This document shows, piece by piece, positions 63,276 to 64,000 of a DNA stretch of 64,000 bases. The stretch covers positions 151 to 64,150 of the forward strand of contig CAXBOW010000020.1 in NCBI GenBank assembly GCA_963977485.1. Reading direction: 5' to 3'. How positions within the stretch are numbered: the stretch's first letter is position 1; each line of letters opens with the position of its first letter. This DNA is from an uncultured Haliea sp. (lineage in GTDB: Bacteria > Pseudomonadota > Gammaproteobacteria > Pseudomonadales > Halieaceae). Both the position numbers and the translations under genes were made by a program. Under the pieces are notes generated by a model. That model made no database searches and had not been told where the DNA came from. It saw nothing but the letters and a program-made list of their open reading frames with translations.

Positions 63276-64000
63276 TCAGATCTTCCGGCCGGCCTGCTGC
63301 CAGTAATTATCGCGGAGCCGGCGCTTGAAGATCTTGCCGGAATCTTCCCGGGGCAGGTTTTTGCCAATCTCGATCGTTCGGGGAACTTTGAATCCAGCCA
63401 GGTGCTCACGCATGTAACGCCTGACCCCGTCAATGGAAATCTCCTCCTCGTTCTCAGCTTCCAGCACTGCCATCACTGCCTCGCCAAACTCTTCGTCTGG
63501 CACACCAAACACCGCACAGTCCTTGATGCCTGGGTAGTTATGCAATACCGACTCGATCTCCGCAGGGTAGATGTTTACACCACCCGAGATCACCATATCC
63601 TTGACCCGATCGGCAATAAACAAGAAGCCGTCCTCATCCATGTAACCCATATCACCGGAGGTAATATAGCCATCACGGTCGATTTCTGCCCGCTCCTCCG
63701 GCCTGCCGTTGTAGGTAAAGTCATTCATAGGAAAGCGAGAATAGATCTCACCAATGGTATTCGGCGGTAAGACGCGGCCCTGATCATCAAGAATGCGAAC
63801 ATCGGCTTCCGGTACGATTTTCCCGACACTGCCGGGTCGCGCTAACGACTGCTCGGAGTTGCAGGCAACCACGGCACCGGACTCCGTGGAACCATAGAAC
63901 TCGTTGATCACTGGCCCGAACCATTTGATCATCCTGTTTTTGACATCTACAGGACAGGGAGCCGCTGCGTGGATAATGAACTCCAGCGACGACACATCGT
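63276..64000 (-). CDS. AMP-forming acyl-CoA ligase, C-terminal part; the gene continues beyond the right edge
   Basis: Motifs FYGSTESG, ITSGDMGYMDEDGFLFIADRVKDMVISGGVNIYPAEIE and KVPRTIEIGKNLPREDSGKIFKRRL. The reading frame is open to position 64000. Confidence 0.85.
   Translation of the reverse strand, partial: DVSSLEFIIHAAAPCPVDVKNRMIKWFGPVINEFYGSTESGAVVACNSEQSLARPGSVGKIVPEADVRILDDQGRVLPPNTIGEIYSRFPMNDFTYNGRPEERAEIDRDGYITSGDMGYMDEDGFLFIADRVKDMVISGGVNIYPAEIESVLHNYPGIKDCAVFGVPDEEFGEAVMAVLEAENEEEISIDGVRRYMREHLAGFKVPRTIEIGKNLPREDSGKIFKRRLRDNYWQQAGRKI

Noticed and set aside
1-64000. Search for CRISPR arrays, tRNA/rRNA genes, IS elements, integrases, phage or defence-system genes, and toxin-antitoxin pairs
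   Set aside because: None of the ORFs of 60 aa or more, and none of the intergenic regions I read, shows the corresponding signatures. The only repeats are gene-level paralogues.

Overview
This 64-kb stretch of a proteobacterial chromosome is almost entirely carboxylic-acid uptake and acyl-CoA catabolism genes. The gene families and operon style look gammaproteobacterial. GC content is roughly mid-50s % by eye, with two visibly AT-richer blocks. I call 61 protein-coding genes (2 truncated by the window edges) plus one gene remnant, mostly in tightly packed, often start/stop-overlapping operons.

Inventory:
- Ligases: 6 AMP-forming acyl-CoA ligases.
- Dehydrogenases: 4 acyl-CoA dehydrogenases plus 1 remnant.
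- CoA-transferases: 2 family III enzymes and 2 two-subunit (A/B) 3-oxoacid enzymes.
- Other CoA-thioester enzymes: 2 crotonases, 1 MaoC hydratase, 1 double-hotdog hydratase, 2 PaaI thioesterases, 1 thiolase and 1 CitE-type acyl-CoA lyase.
- Further enzymes: 2 NMO-family FMN enzymes, 2 nitroreductases, 2 MBL-fold hydrolases, 2 SDRs, 1 QOR, a CatC homologue and an EthD-like protein.
- Uptake systems (9): 4 DctPQM TRAP systems (one with tandem binding proteins), 1 TAXI-TRAP, 1 Liv-type ABC system, 1 AtoE-type carrier and 2 paralogous uncharacterised permeases.
- Regulators: 2 LysR and 1 IclR.

I see no rRNA, tRNA, CRISPR, IS, integrase, phage or defence signatures.

Best candidate for something new: 22.2-30.7 kb has the enzyme-family content of the mml (methylmuconolactone / modified 3-oxoadipate) pathway, rebuilt around a TRAP transporter and lacking any ring-cleavage genes. 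It directly abuts (14.1-22.1 kb) an itaconate/methylsuccinyl-CoA-type operon that could consume the thiolase product.

Other leads:
- an AtoE-ligase-MaoC-NMO operon;
- a nitroreductase-permease-NMO operon;
- a pair of homologous unknown permeases;
- an adjacent full/degenerate ACAD pair;
- an ACAD10/11-type enzyme with no visible kinase;
- a pair of 15-bp dyads in front of the IclR gene.

All functional assignments are family-level calls from motif recognition by eye. No searches were run.
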